Sequence record: OR515477.1
Reading direction: 5' to 3' (one strand)
DNA: 64,000 nucleotides
Source of the DNA: Escherichia phage Es2
The notes beneath the pieces were generated by a model. The model ran no database searches, had not been told where the DNA came from, and saw nothing but the letters and a program-made list of their open reading frames with translations. Shown here piece after piece: positions 17,559 through 27,057 of the stretch. A program made the translations under genes and the position numbers. How positions within the stretch are numbered: position 1 is the first letter of the stretch; each line of letters begins with the position of its first letter.

Positions 17559-17656
17559 TCTAGTGTTAACTTTATATTCCCCTGAAATATGGGGAATATA
17601 ACGATTAACATTAGTTAATCATAATCCCTTAAATTAAACTAATAGGAGTTTATATC

Positions 17657-18064
17657 ATGACTAACGCAAAAACCGCAAAATTCGCATGGAATGAAGAAAA
17701 CACCCAAAAAGCTGTTACCATGTACCAGCAGTTAATCAACGAAAACGGTTTAGATTTCGCAAATAGTGACGGGCTGAAAGAGATTGCAAAAGCAGTAGGC
17801 GCGGCTTCTCCCGTATCCGTTCGCTCAAAATTGACCAGTGCAAAAGCCTACCAGAAAAGCGATAAGCCGCGTAAAGTTGGCGGCGGCAGTTCTGTACGCA
17901 AAGCGCATTATGTGCGTGTTATTGCTAAACATGCCATTGATTCCGGCATTATCAAAGACGCTGACGATCTGGCATCACTGGAAAGTGCAAAACTTGAAAC
18001 GCTGGACGCGGTAGCGCAATTGCTAGGCGTTGCCGATGAAGTGAAACAAGCCGCAGGCGAATAA
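17657..18064 (+). CDS. pre-early-type hypothetical protein (135 aa)
   Basis: AATCCCTTAAAT leader plus GGAG SD. Confidence 0.45.
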   Translation: MTNAKTAKFAWNEENTQKAVTMYQQLINENGLDFANSDGLKEIAKAVGAASPVSVRSKLTSAKAYQKSDKPRKVGGGSSVRKAHYVRVIAKHAIDSGIIKDADDLASLESAKLETLDAVAQLLGVADEVKQAAGE

Positions 18065-18153
18065 TAGTTATACATTGCCCTTCCTAGTGGGAGGGCAATA
18101 ATATAACTGTTTAGCGATAGTTATTTTCTTCCCTTAAATCAGGAGTTTTAAAA

Positions 18154-18351
18154 ATGATTTTCTTTCCTACTGAATCATTAATTTTAGGCTTGTTTATTAT
18201 GGCGGCCTCATTATTGTTCGCTTATTTTCAAAATGATTTAGATTCATATTATTTTAAACGTAAATCTAAGTTAGCAAAGCGTTTAGGTCTGATTTGTTTT
18301 ATTGCCGCCGTTGCTTGTGGTGTTAGTTCTAGCCTTATGCCTTTAAATTAA
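18154..18351 (+). CDS. small membrane protein (65 aa)
   Basis: TCCCTTAAAT leader; two hydrophobic segments. Confidence 0.4.
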   Translation: MIFFPTESLILGLFIMAASLLFAYFQNDLDSYYFKRKSKLAKRLGLICFIAAVACGVSSSLMPLN

Positions 18352-18447
18352 TGTTGCAAATTATAACGCCTATTATTCAAGGCGTTATATTTGGCAATAT
18401 TTGCCAATAACAAACGTTTTTTAATCCCTTTAATGGAGTTTATTACT

Positions 18448-20112
18448 ATGATTATTTCCGCAGAAAAACAAACCGTTATCCTGAAAATGGCCGCTGACTT
18501 TAATTTCTATGGTAAACGTCTGCGCGCCACTAAACTGGAGGTCTGCGACGATATATCAAAAGCGGTCTACGATACAACAAAACACTCGACCGCCATTTGT
18601 GATTGGCTGGAAGCAAATAAACCAGTTAAACCAAAAGCTGCAAAAGTAGCAAAAGCTATTAAAAACGATGAGCGCCCCGAAGCGGCTGGGATCGTTTCTA
18701 GCACGGTTGAACAGTGGGAAGTAAAACAAGGCAAACGCTTTATTATTACGTCGATTCAGAATAATACTTTCCCGCATAAAAACTTTTTGGCCTCGCTTGA
18801 ACAGTATGCTAAATACATCGGCGCTGATTTGCTTGTTTCTAAGTATATTTATAATAAAAACGGCTTCCAAAATGGTGAAGGTGCGGATGGAATCAAATAT
18901 GATTCCGCGTTCGATAAGTATATTTGCAGCAAAAACGTGTTTTTAAACAACCGCCGTTTTGCTTTCATGGCTGAAATTAACGTTTTGCCTACCGCAGATT
19001 ATCCGCTTTCTGGATTCGCTGAAACTGCAACGGCGCTTAATCTTGAAGGTCTGGCAATTGGTCACGCTAAAATCACCGCCGAAAGCGTGCCAGCTTTAAA
19101 AGGTGAAGTAGTACGCCGCATGTACTCAACCGGAACGGCAACGCTAAAAAACTACATTCAGCAGAAAGCAGGGCAAAAAGCGGAAGCGCTGCATAACTTC
19201 GGTGCGCTGATTGTTGAGTTCGACGAAGACGGTGAGTTTTTTGTACGCCAGCTTGAAACAATGGACGAAAGCGGGGTGTTTTATGATCTGAATGTTTGCG
19301 CTACTCCCGCAGGATGCTATGAAACATCGGGGCATGTTTTAGGTTTACAATATGGCGACATCCACGCAGAAAAATTAGATGATGATTGTGCCGTTGCGTC
19401 ATGGGCTGGCGAAAATAGCTTGCTTGATATTCTTAAACCAAAATATCAGTTTATCCATGACGTTCACGATTTTACATCTCGCAATCATCATAATCGTGCG
19501 TCCGGTGTATTCCTAGCGAAACAGTACGCCGCCGGACGTGATAAAGTTCTGGATGATCTTATCGATACGGGGCGCGTGCTGGAATCAATGGAACGTGATT
19601 TTAGTCAAACGATCATTGTTGAATCGAATCACGATTTGGCGCTATCCCGTTGGCTGGATGATCGTAATGCTAACATTAAAGACGATCCAGCAAACGCCGA
19701 ACTATATCACCGCCTGAATGCTGCAATTTACGCGGCAATCGGTGAACACGACGAAACGTTTAACGTGTTAGATTATGCGCTGCGCAAGGTTGCAGGTTGC
19801 GAGTTTAACGCCATTTTCCTAACAACTGACCAATCATTTAAAATTGCAGGCATCGAGTGTGGCGTACACGGTCACAACGGCATTAACGGAAGCCGTGGCA
19901 ATCCTAAACAGTTTAAGAAATTGGGCAAACTGAACACGGGGCATACGCATACGGCAAGCATTTACGGCGGGGTATACACCGCTGGCGTGGCTGGTAGTCT
20001 GGACATGGGTTACAACGTTGGCGCGTCAAGCTGGACGCAAACGCATTTAATTACCTATGCAAACGGTCAGCGCACTTTGATTGACTTTAAAAACGGTAAA
20101 TTCTTTGCGTAA
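18448..20112 (+). CDS. A1: A1-like pre-early protein with calcineurin-like metallophosphatase motifs
   Basis: 554 aa from the ATG at 18448 (T5 A1 about 556 aa, from memory); GDIH, GHNG and GHTH motifs; AATCCCTTTAAT leader. Confidence 0.55.
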   Translation: MIISAEKQTVILKMAADFNFYGKRLRATKLEVCDDISKAVYDTTKHSTAICDWLEANKPVKPKAAKVAKAIKNDERPEAAGIVSSTVEQWEVKQGKRFIITSIQNNTFPHKNFLASLEQYAKYIGADLLVSKYIYNKNGFQNGEGADGIKYDSAFDKYICSKNVFLNNRRFAFMAEINVLPTADYPLSGFAETATALNLEGLAIGHAKITAESVPALKGEVVRRMYSTGTATLKNYIQQKAGQKAEALHNFGALIVEFDEDGEFFVRQLETMDESGVFYDLNVCATPAGCYETSGHVLGLQYGDIHAEKLDDDCAVASWAGENSLLDILKPKYQFIHDVHDFTSRNHHNRASGVFLAKQYAAGRDKVLDDLIDTGRVLESMERDFSQTIIVESNHDLALSRWLDDRNANIKDDPANAELYHRLNAAIYAAIGEHDETFNVLDYALRKVAGCEFNAIFLTTDQSFKIAGIECGVHGHNGINGSRGNPKQFKKLGKLNTGHTHTASIYGGVYTAGVAGSLDMGYNVGASSWTQTHLITYANGQRTLIDFKNGKFFA

Positions 20113-20166
20113 TTAAATTATTACCCTAGCGGCTTGAAATACAGCCGCTATTATAGGAGTCAAAAA

Positions 20167-20424
20167 ATGAAAGTTACATTACCCAAAACATTAGACGAAA
20201 AAGCGTTTATTTCCCCCGATGAAATGGAATCCGATAAAGTTTACAGCTTCGGGCCTATCCTAGCCGCCAAAACTAATACTGATGGAATTATTACAGTCGA
20301 TTATCGTGATAATGATATTGTTCCCTTTGACGATGATGACGCTTTTTACGAGTGGTTAAGCGATAATAATTTACCCGTAAGTGGTGAATTAACGCCGTAT
20401 CAGATGCAAATCATTATCAAATAA
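20167..20424 (+). CDS. pre-early-type hypothetical acidic protein (85 aa)
   Basis: Start at ATG with RBS GGAG upstream (MKVTLPK). Confidence 0.4.
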   Translation: MKVTLPKTLDEKAFISPDEMESDKVYSFGPILAAKTNTDGIITVDYRDNDIVPFDDDDAFYEWLSDNNLPVSGELTPYQMQIIIK

Positions 20425-20463
20425 TTTAAATCCCCTTATTAAACTAATTGGAGTTTTATAACT

Positions 20464-20856
20464 ATGAAAAAGCAAAATATCCCATTCGACCGCGCTCAGT
20501 CCTCAATTGTTCTGGTTTATTCCAACGGCGAACGTTACCACGTCGAGGCGGGGCACGTTATTGATGACCTATTAGATTTCAATGACGCTTTGCAGGTTAC
20601 TACCTTTGCATATACGCAGGGCAAACTAACCAGCCATATTAAAGCAAAAGGCGTTTATGTTGACACGGTGAAACAAGAAACGATTATCATCGACGCCGTA
20701 AAATCCGGCCTAGCCTTTGCAGTTGTCGCGCCTTGCCTCGCTTGCCTTGATGATCAATTGATTAGTGCAAAGGTCTACACATGTGCGGGGATTCGTTCTA
20801 GCGTATCCGGTGAGGATGTTAGTTTTATCGCTGATGCGTTGGCTTATGGTCTTTAA
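20464..20856 (+). CDS. pre-early-type hypothetical protein (130 aa), possible A2-like
   Basis: AATCCCCTTATTAAA leader plus GGAG SD; A2 assignment is a guess from size and position only. Confidence 0.35.
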   Translation: MKKQNIPFDRAQSSIVLVYSNGERYHVEAGHVIDDLLDFNDALQVTTFAYTQGKLTSHIKAKGVYVDTVKQETIIIDAVKSGLAFAVVAPCLACLDDQLISAKVYTCAGIRSSVSGEDVSFIADALAYGL

Positions 20857-20936
20857 TAGTTGATTTATTATTGCCCGCTTATAAATAGCGGGTAATGCTG
20901 AATTAATCTAATCCCTTAAATGGAGAACGTAACAAA

Positions 20937-21671
20937 ATGAGTCAAGTTAAAACGAATATTACCCGCTCTTTCCCGCATATTTCCCGCGTTATGATTTGGG
21001 ATCTGGACGGCACTATCATTAATTCTTTCCATCGTGTAGCGCCTTGTTTTGATAGCGAGGGCAATTTAGATTTAAATAAATATAAAAATGAAGCCTGCAA
21101 ACATCATTTAATAATGCAGGATTCATTATTGCCATTAGTTGAATATATGCGCCAGTGTATGAATGACGCTAACACGTTAAACATTATTTGCACCGCTCGA
21201 CTGATGAGCAAGTCAGATTATTATTTCTTGCGTAAACAAGGATTGCGGGGGCGTGGAAATAGCAATATCCGCGTGTTTTCCCGCGATACCCTGCACAAAT
21301 ACTTTAAAGCTGATAAAGTTAGCGAGATATACCACAGTAAGGACGCAGTTTATAAATCTTATTATTTTGAATTATTTAAACAATTATATCCGAACGCTGA
21401 TTTTACAATGATTGATGATCATAAAGGCGTGTTAGCGGCGGCGGCATCATACGGATTTAAAACGCTGGACGCACAAGCCGTTAACGATATTCTATCAATC
21501 GGTGTTACATTGATTGGTGAAACCTTTATTGATGAATCGCTCGACGATGATAATGATTATCAGTTCCTAGCAGACCGCCTGCAATTATGTTGGGAAGGTA
21601 TGACCGAGGAAGAACGCGCAGAATATAGTTGCAGTCCTCAACAGTACATCGAGAAATTAAAAGTTGCATAA
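20937..21671 (+). CDS. dmp: 5'-deoxyribonucleotidase (HAD superfamily), Dmp-like
   Basis: 244 aa, same length as T5 Dmp (from memory); WDLDGTI HAD motif I; AATCCCTTAAAT leader. Confidence 0.65.
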   Translation: MSQVKTNITRSFPHISRVMIWDLDGTIINSFHRVAPCFDSEGNLDLNKYKNEACKHHLIMQDSLLPLVEYMRQCMNDANTLNIICTARLMSKSDYYFLRKQGLRGRGNSNIRVFSRDTLHKYFKADKVSEIYHSKDAVYKSYYFELFKQLYPNADFTMIDDHKGVLAAAASYGFKTLDAQAVNDILSIGVTLIGETFIDESLDDDNDYQFLADRLQLCWEGMTEEERAEYSCSPQQYIEKLKVA

Positions 21672-21828
21672 TAATTAAAGTTGAAATAGTCACGGTGTGT
21701 AATGATAACATGCCGTGACTATTAGTCTGCTAAGTACCGGGCGGTAATGAGACTCATTCTCATCTGGTGGGCCACTGGACACACCTCCATGTGTAATCTT
21801 ATGAAATTTGGCAAAAAGGTAATTAGCG

Positions 21829-22032
21829 CTATTTACGGACTGACTGCTCAAAGACTTCCCGCCACAGAGGGTCAGTCTTAACTAGATTATTAATATGCTC
21901 AATAGCTTCATCAAATCTCATGAATCCTTCCGGGATTTCCGAAGACTTAGGAAAAACTTGCAGCATCTCCTGTGTGATACCCATCTTTTCAAGATCTTCT
22001 TGGGTTAACTTAAACTGTCCGAATTCTTTCAT
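21829..22032 (-). CDS. hypothetical protein (67 aa)
   Basis: ORF with stop/start overlap to upstream gene. Confidence 0.4.
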   Translation of the reverse strand: MKEFGQFKLTQEDLEKMGITQEMLQVFPKSSEIPEGFMRFDEAIEHINNLVKTDPLWREVFEQSVRK

Positions 22033-22274
22033 GAACTTCTCCTGTCTACCGGCTTATCTCCAGATTCTGACATACGAAATCTCTTTCGTGACGCCCGAGA
22101 ACCGTCCGCCCACTCCCTCTCAAACTCCGCACGTTTCTTCGCAAACCTCCGCTCTCTTTCCGCAATCTCCCGCGACACTTCCGCAATATATTTACGATGC
22201 GTATTAATAGCCGCAGTCATTCCGAAAACTCCCGCGATTACCCCGATAATAAAAGCAATTACAATACTAAACAT
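22029..22274 (-). CDS. small N-terminal-TM protein with charged C-terminus (81 aa)
   Basis: MFSIVIAFIIGVIAGVFG TM then Arg/Glu-rich helix. Confidence 0.4.
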   Translation of the reverse strand: MFSIVIAFIIGVIAGVFGMTAAINTHRKYIAEVSREIAERERRFAKKRAEFEREWADGSRASRKRFRMSESGDKPVDRRSS

Positions 22275-22461
22275 CTAGTTCTCTCTCAATTTGCAGAATA
22301 CGAGTGCTATCACAACGTTGCAATTCTACTAATTTTTCTATAGCAAATTGTTGTTGTTTTACCTGGGCCTCTAGAGTTTTTAGGCGAACGTACACGGTGT
22401 AAGAAATAATGAAAGCTGACCAAACTGCTAGTACTATTAATATAGCTACTACTTCCATCAT
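22267..22461 (-). CDS. small N-terminal-TM coiled-coil protein (64 aa), paralog family
   Basis: MMEVVAILIVLAVW TM; overlapping start/stop with neighbours. Confidence 0.4.
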   Translation of the reverse strand: MMEVVAILIVLAVWSAFIISYTVYVRLKTLEAQVKQQQFAIEKLVELQRCDSTRILQIERELDV

Positions 22462-22565
22462 TTACGTTTCTCCAGTAACAGAGTTTCAATTCTAGCTAAG
22501 TGGTTATCTAAAATACATTGCCCGATAATCACAATCCCTAGTAGTGCAATAATTACCCATTCCAT
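22458..22565 (-). CDS. small N-terminal-TM peptide (35 aa), paralog family, not in ORF track
   Basis: MEWVIIALLGIVIIG...RIETLLLEKRK, similar to the N-terminus of the next ORF. Confidence 0.3.
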   Translation of the reverse strand: MEWVIIALLGIVIIGQCILDNHLARIETLLLEKRK

Positions 22566-22720
22566 TGTTTACGCTCCTCTAATAAAATTTCAATCCTAGA
22601 TAATCTGTTACTCAACTGCATTAATTTAGCTTCTACTTGTGTTATAGAGGTATCTATTACACGTAAGCCTACAAAGAGAAGTATCAGTAAGATGAATATG
22701 CCAATAATTACCCATTCCAT
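22553..22720 (-). CDS. small N-terminal-TM coiled-coil protein (55 aa), paralog family
   Basis: Start set at MEWVIIGIFILLILLF; RIEILLEERK C-terminus. Confidence 0.35.
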   Translation of the reverse strand: MEWVIIGIFILLILLFVGLRVIDTSITQVEAKLMQLSNRLSRIEILLEERKQWNG

Positions 22721-22848
22721 TAAATCCACCCCGCCATAGCTGCTAACCAAAAACCTACGAAAATAAAGAATAGGATAGTTCCGAACCCAAAACTATTTAT
22801 CCAGCTATCATATACCTCTCCACGTCTGCTCTTTCTTTTGTTTGACAT
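22720..22848 (-). CDS. small C-terminal-TM peptide (42 aa)
   Basis: Start set at the ATG with GGAG 8 nt upstream (MSNKRKSRR...); basic N-terminus then hydrophobic tail. Confidence 0.3.
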   Translation of the reverse strand: MSNKRKSRRGEVYDSWINSFGFGTILFFIFVGFWLAAMAGWI

Positions 22849-23024
22849 ATCTTTCATGCTCCTATAAATGTGATTTTTGAAATATTCTATAATTTGTGCA
22901 CAACCGACCATGCCTGTGAACTCATAGAAGGACTTCTACTTTTCTTACATAGTGGTTTCTGCCAATATACCATCCAAGAAATAAAAAATTTAGTTTACTT
23001 GGATGTCTTTTTGTTTTATACTAA

Positions 23025-23291
23025 TTACAGGTAATTAGATTGCTCTAGTTTAAATTTACAATCACCGTATTTAAGGTCAAACTGACTGAGATCCCACCAC
23101 CCAAACTTAGTACGGAGCTGTACTACTGGAAAGCGATCTCCCTTAATACGAACTTTTTGAACCTTGAGGCCGTAATGTTCCTCTCCAGCACCACCAAAAG
23201 ATTTTACAAACCCCGTACAAAATGGTTTGGGGGCAGGTGCACAACCAGATAACATAACTGCGGCAACTAGTGCAATCACAAACTTTTTCAT
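23025..23291 (-). CDS. llp: lipoprotein, Llp-like (receptor-blocking lipoprotein)
   Basis: Signal peptide with lipobox LSGC; divergently transcribed from the adjacent RBP gene as in the T5 llp/oad pair. Confidence 0.55.
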   Translation of the reverse strand: MKKFVIALVAAVMLSGCAPAPKPFCTGFVKSFGGAGEEHYGLKVQKVRIKGDRFPVVQLRTKFGWWDLSQFDLKYGDCKFKLEQSNYL

Positions 23292-23376
23292 ATTTATCTC
23301 TCCATTTCTAATTTATGAATCTATTATAGCAAAATAGAGAGATGAAAGCAAATACATTTTTATAATAGGAGATTAT
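23292..23376. promoter_or_regulatory. divergent promoter region for llp and RBP genes
   Basis: AT-rich 85 bp with TATAAT-like hexamers on both strands and SD sequences for both genes. Confidence 0.35.
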
Positions 23377-25134
23377 ATGGGTTTTTTCGCTGGAAAATAT
23401 AGCGATGGTAAGACCGTACTATCTTTAAATACTGAATCTGGTGGTGACATTAATCGTCACTATAGCCCAAATGCCAATAGTATTTTTCATAGTGATATGC
23501 CATTTGTCCTAGTTGATGGTACTTACGAGGCTGGGTTAGGTAATGCCGGGAATGGGTTTTTTGTATGTCAAATGCCCTCTGACATAATAAATATTAAATC
23601 TAATGACCCGGGTAGAGTTATACTAACTGCTATTGAAATTAATGGTACTCACAGAGCTTTTCTTAATGGTACTCAGAGTAAGGTTGGTCAAACTATAGTT
23701 GCCACTCAGGCAGACCCCTTTAGGTCTTTTGCCAGTGTTTCTCAAACCAGTGGATTTGCATTTGGTAATAGTCTAGCATCTGGCACTTATAACTACAACC
23801 CCTCTCTAGGGCATGAAGAATCTATCTCTAGAAGTGGCACAGGGGGTACTACGTTACATAGTACGTATCATGGTATAGTTAGGCCCGGTGGTGGAGCACC
23901 TGTAGGAGTTACTGTTGCAGAAGCCTTTGCACAATTAGGTTTTCCTACTAATAGTAGCACAGTACCTGTAGATGGTAATAACCCATACTATTGGGATCCT
24001 GGATGGATGGCTCCTCTAGGAGCAGCATATAGGGGGCATGATTGGTTTTATGTTTGCAATTCTAATATACGTGGATATGGTGGGGTTAGGCAAGGGCTCC
24101 CTGGTAATGTAAATACTATGTACCATGATGGTGGTAATAGATTTGTTTGTAGAGGGTCTACTACTAATTTAGCTAACCAGTCGGGTGACTCTACAATACT
24201 ACAGGACTGGTATAATATAACTCCTACTAAGGTTATTTGGTATGTTCTTAATTTAAGGTACTCAAATGGTGGAATGAGTATTTCAGGTAACCCTTTCACT
24301 GGTTCTGATATTCTTATATCTCCTTCTAATTTTATAATTAAAGGGGTAAGTCTCCCTAATACCGGGTATAAATTTATTAATCAGAATGCTTTTGGTAACC
24401 TAGGTTACCGTCCTGATATGGAGTATATAGGGAATAACGCTGCGTATACTGGGGTTTTTGGGGATACCACTGCAAGGTGTGAACTTGTAGGATCTAGTAA
24501 TGGAGGGTTGTGGTCTCCTGTAGATTATGGAGGTGCCAAATCACAGATTAGCATTTACAAATTTGGAGCAGGTAAACAGTGGTATGTAAACTCTAACGAT
24601 AATACTATTGGTAATGAGCATGGGGTTGTTTGGGGACCATCAGCAGTTCCATTACGACTTTTTGGAGGAAATGTAGGTAGCTCTTACATGGGGGATGATA
24701 TTACTCCTAGCTATCCAGGAACTGGGGATAGGTACGTTGGTTTATCAACTATTGGGCTAGGTATACCTGGTGGCAATGCTACAGTAATTCTTACTACTGA
24801 AGTTATATCAGGTAATCTTAACTGTGCAGGTGTCCCAGCTAACACATGGAATAATGGTGTGTTTCAAGTACAAGGAAGAAAAGCGCATAGTTATAGTAAT
24901 GGAGATGCAATATTCCACCAGATTCTAACGCTACCTGTGGGCTATCTAGTACCTTTTCATACTACAGCAGCTTTTAGATACACCCCTAATAATGCTTTAA
25001 GCAGGAATAGTTTTATATATACCGCTAAAAACCTAGGAAATGGAAATGTAGAGTTAGGGGTAGTTATGCATGTCAGTTTAGGTAGTGCAGTTTTCTTACC
25101 TAGACTAAGAGTAACAGTTCAACGCCTTACCTAA
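23377..25134 (+). CDS. receptor-binding tail protein, pb5-like
   Basis: 585 aa, Gly/Asn/Ser/Thr-rich; position between llp and terminase; receptor specificity not determinable. Confidence 0.55.
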   Translation: MGFFAGKYSDGKTVLSLNTESGGDINRHYSPNANSIFHSDMPFVLVDGTYEAGLGNAGNGFFVCQMPSDIINIKSNDPGRVILTAIEINGTHRAFLNGTQSKVGQTIVATQADPFRSFASVSQTSGFAFGNSLASGTYNYNPSLGHEESISRSGTGGTTLHSTYHGIVRPGGGAPVGVTVAEAFAQLGFPTNSSTVPVDGNNPYYWDPGWMAPLGAAYRGHDWFYVCNSNIRGYGGVRQGLPGNVNTMYHDGGNRFVCRGSTTNLANQSGDSTILQDWYNITPTKVIWYVLNLRYSNGGMSISGNPFTGSDILISPSNFIIKGVSLPNTGYKFINQNAFGNLGYRPDMEYIGNNAAYTGVFGDTTARCELVGSSNGGLWSPVDYGGAKSQISIYKFGAGKQWYVNSNDNTIGNEHGVVWGPSAVPLRLFGGNVGSSYMGDDITPSYPGTGDRYVGLSTIGLGIPGGNATVILTTEVISGNLNCAGVPANTWNNGVFQVQGRKAHSYSNGDAIFHQILTLPVGYLVPFHTTAAFRYTPNNALSRNSFIYTAKNLGNGNVELGVVMHVSLGSAVFLPRLRVTVQRLT

Positions 25135-25144
25135 AGGAGGAAAT

Positions 25145-25627
25145 ATGGCAAATGATGTACTAGTACCAGATCTTATGTCCCCTGAAGGGATGGATGTGAT
25201 TGAAGCTTATTTACAGTGCGGCAGCGATGTGCCTTCTGCCGCACGTAGTCTTGGAATGTCCGAAATTGCTTTCCGAGATATTATGAATCGTAGTGAAGTT
25301 AAGAACTACTTAAATGATATTTTTATGGAGAGTGGTTTCCGTAATAGGGATCGTTTATTTGGTGTTCTAGATGAAGTTATTAAACGTAAGCTAGAGGAGC
25401 TAGAAGAAACTGGCATGGGTTCTGACCAAGATATTATGGATATTCTCTGGAAAGCACATAAAATGAAAATGGAAGAAATGAAGATGATGGTAGAGTTGGA
25501 AAAAGCTAAAGCTGCTGTCCGTGCTCCTGCTAATCAGACCAATATTCAGAATAACATTATTGCTGGAGCTGGGGATCAAAACTACATGGATTTAATTACT
25601 TCCCTAGCTACTGGAGGTAAAAAGTAA
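25145..25627 (+). CDS. putative terminase small subunit
   Basis: 160 aa immediately upstream of TerL with coupled stop/start; N-terminal HTH-like segment. Confidence 0.35.
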   Translation: MANDVLVPDLMSPEGMDVIEAYLQCGSDVPSAARSLGMSEIAFRDIMNRSEVKNYLNDIFMESGFRNRDRLFGVLDEVIKRKLEELEETGMGSDQDIMDILWKAHKMKMEEMKMMVELEKAKAAVRAPANQTNIQNNIIAGAGDQNYMDLITSLATGGKK

Positions 25628-26943
25628 TGGAAGTATCAAGACCCTATGTTAATACAGTAGACGTTATTGACTTCGGAATAGATAAACGTTTCTTCCGTCT
25701 ACCTGTTTCAGGAATACTAGCACAAGAGGGTATTACACCTAATGGTCCTCAAATAGCAATTATTAATGCACTAGAAGACCCTAGACATCGTTTTGTAACA
25801 GCGTGTGTGTCACGTCGTGTAGGCAAATCCTTCATCGCATACACACTTGGGTTTCTAAAATTGCTGGAACCCAATGTGAAGGTGTTAGTAGTTGCCCCTA
25901 ACTATTCACTGGCTAATATTGGTTGGTCACAGATTCGTGGTCTTATCAAGAAATATGGGCTACAAACAGAACGTGAGAACGCTAAGGATAAAGAGATTGA
26001 GTTAGCTAATGGTTCTCTATTTAAACTAGCTTCTGCAGCGCAGGCTGACTCCGCAGTTGGACGTTCATATGACTTTATCATTTTTGACGAAGCTGCAATT
26101 TCTGATGTAGGTGGTGATGCTTTTAGAGTTCAGTTGCGACCTACTCTGGATAAGCCTAATTCTAAGGCTCTGTTTATCTCTACTCCTCGTGGTGGTAACT
26201 GGTTTAAAGAGTTTTATGCCTACGGATTTGATGATACGCTACCTAACTGGGTATCTATTCATGGTACATATCGTGATAACCCTCGTGCCGACCTGAATGA
26301 CATTGAGGAAGCACGTCGTACTGTTAGTAAAAACTACTTCCGCCAGGAATATGAGGCTGATTTCTCTGTATTCGAAGGACAGATCTTTGATACCTTTAAC
26401 GCTATCGATCATGTTAAAGACCTCAAAGGTATGCGTCACTTCTTTAAAGATGATGAAGCATTCGAAACATTACTTGGTATTGACGTTGGTTATCGTGATC
26501 CTACGGCAGTTCTTACTATTAAATATCATTACGATACAGATACTTACTATGTATTAGAAGAGTACCAGCAGGCGGAGAAAACTACAGCTCAACATGCCGC
26601 TTATATTCAGCACTGTATAGATCGTTATAATGTAGATCGTATCTTTGTTGACTCTGCAGCAGCTCAGTTCCGTCAGGACTTAGCTTATGAACATGAAATT
26701 GCATCAGCTCCAGCTAAAAAGTCTGTCCTAGATGGCCTAGCATGTTTGCAAGCGCTATTCCAACAGGGTAAGATTATTGTAGATGCTTCATGTTCCTCCC
26801 TAATTCATGCATTGCAGAATTATAAGTGGGACTTCCAAGAAGGCGAAGAGAAATTATCACGTGAAAAACCACGTCATGATGCTAACTCTCACCTTTGTGA
26901 TGCACTGCGCTATGGAATTTACTCTATTTCCCGTGGTAAATAA
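25627..26943 (+). CDS. terminase large subunit
   Basis: 438 aa; Walker A-like VSRRVGKS and Walker B-like IIFDEAA. Confidence 0.75.
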   Translation: MEVSRPYVNTVDVIDFGIDKRFFRLPVSGILAQEGITPNGPQIAIINALEDPRHRFVTACVSRRVGKSFIAYTLGFLKLLEPNVKVLVVAPNYSLANIGWSQIRGLIKKYGLQTERENAKDKEIELANGSLFKLASAAQADSAVGRSYDFIIFDEAAISDVGGDAFRVQLRPTLDKPNSKALFISTPRGGNWFKEFYAYGFDDTLPNWVSIHGTYRDNPRADLNDIEEARRTVSKNYFRQEYEADFSVFEGQIFDTFNAIDHVKDLKGMRHFFKDDEAFETLLGIDVGYRDPTAVLTIKYHYDTDTYYVLEEYQQAEKTTAQHAAYIQHCIDRYNVDRIFVDSAAAQFRQDLAYEHEIASAPAKKSVLDGLACLQALFQQGKIIVDASCSSLIHALQNYKWDFQEGEEKLSREKPRHDANSHLCDALRYGIYSISRGK

Positions 26944-27057
26944 ATAAGTATAGGATGGGATACTACTCAGTTGGTATCCCATTCCTGCATTTTAAAATCC
27001 CCTTTACAAATTCGATACGATTATGTATACTATATTCATACAGTTGAGGAGAACACT

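Noticed and set aside
18556-19335. Minus-strand ORFs inside the A1-like gene
   Set aside because: Antisense to a long, motif-bearing ORF with a conserved leader; no independent support.
23025-23291. Interpreting the lipoprotein as an o-spanin
   Set aside because: No i-spanin partner or lysis gene is adjacent, and the gene is divergently paired with the receptor-binding protein gene as in the T5 llp/oad arrangement; this remains an untested alternative.
26971-27057. Upstream extension of the HNH gene (ORF track start at 26971)
   Set aside because: The first 29 codons have no RBS and overlap a hairpin-like region; the ATG at 27058 with GAGGAG upstream is the more plausible start.
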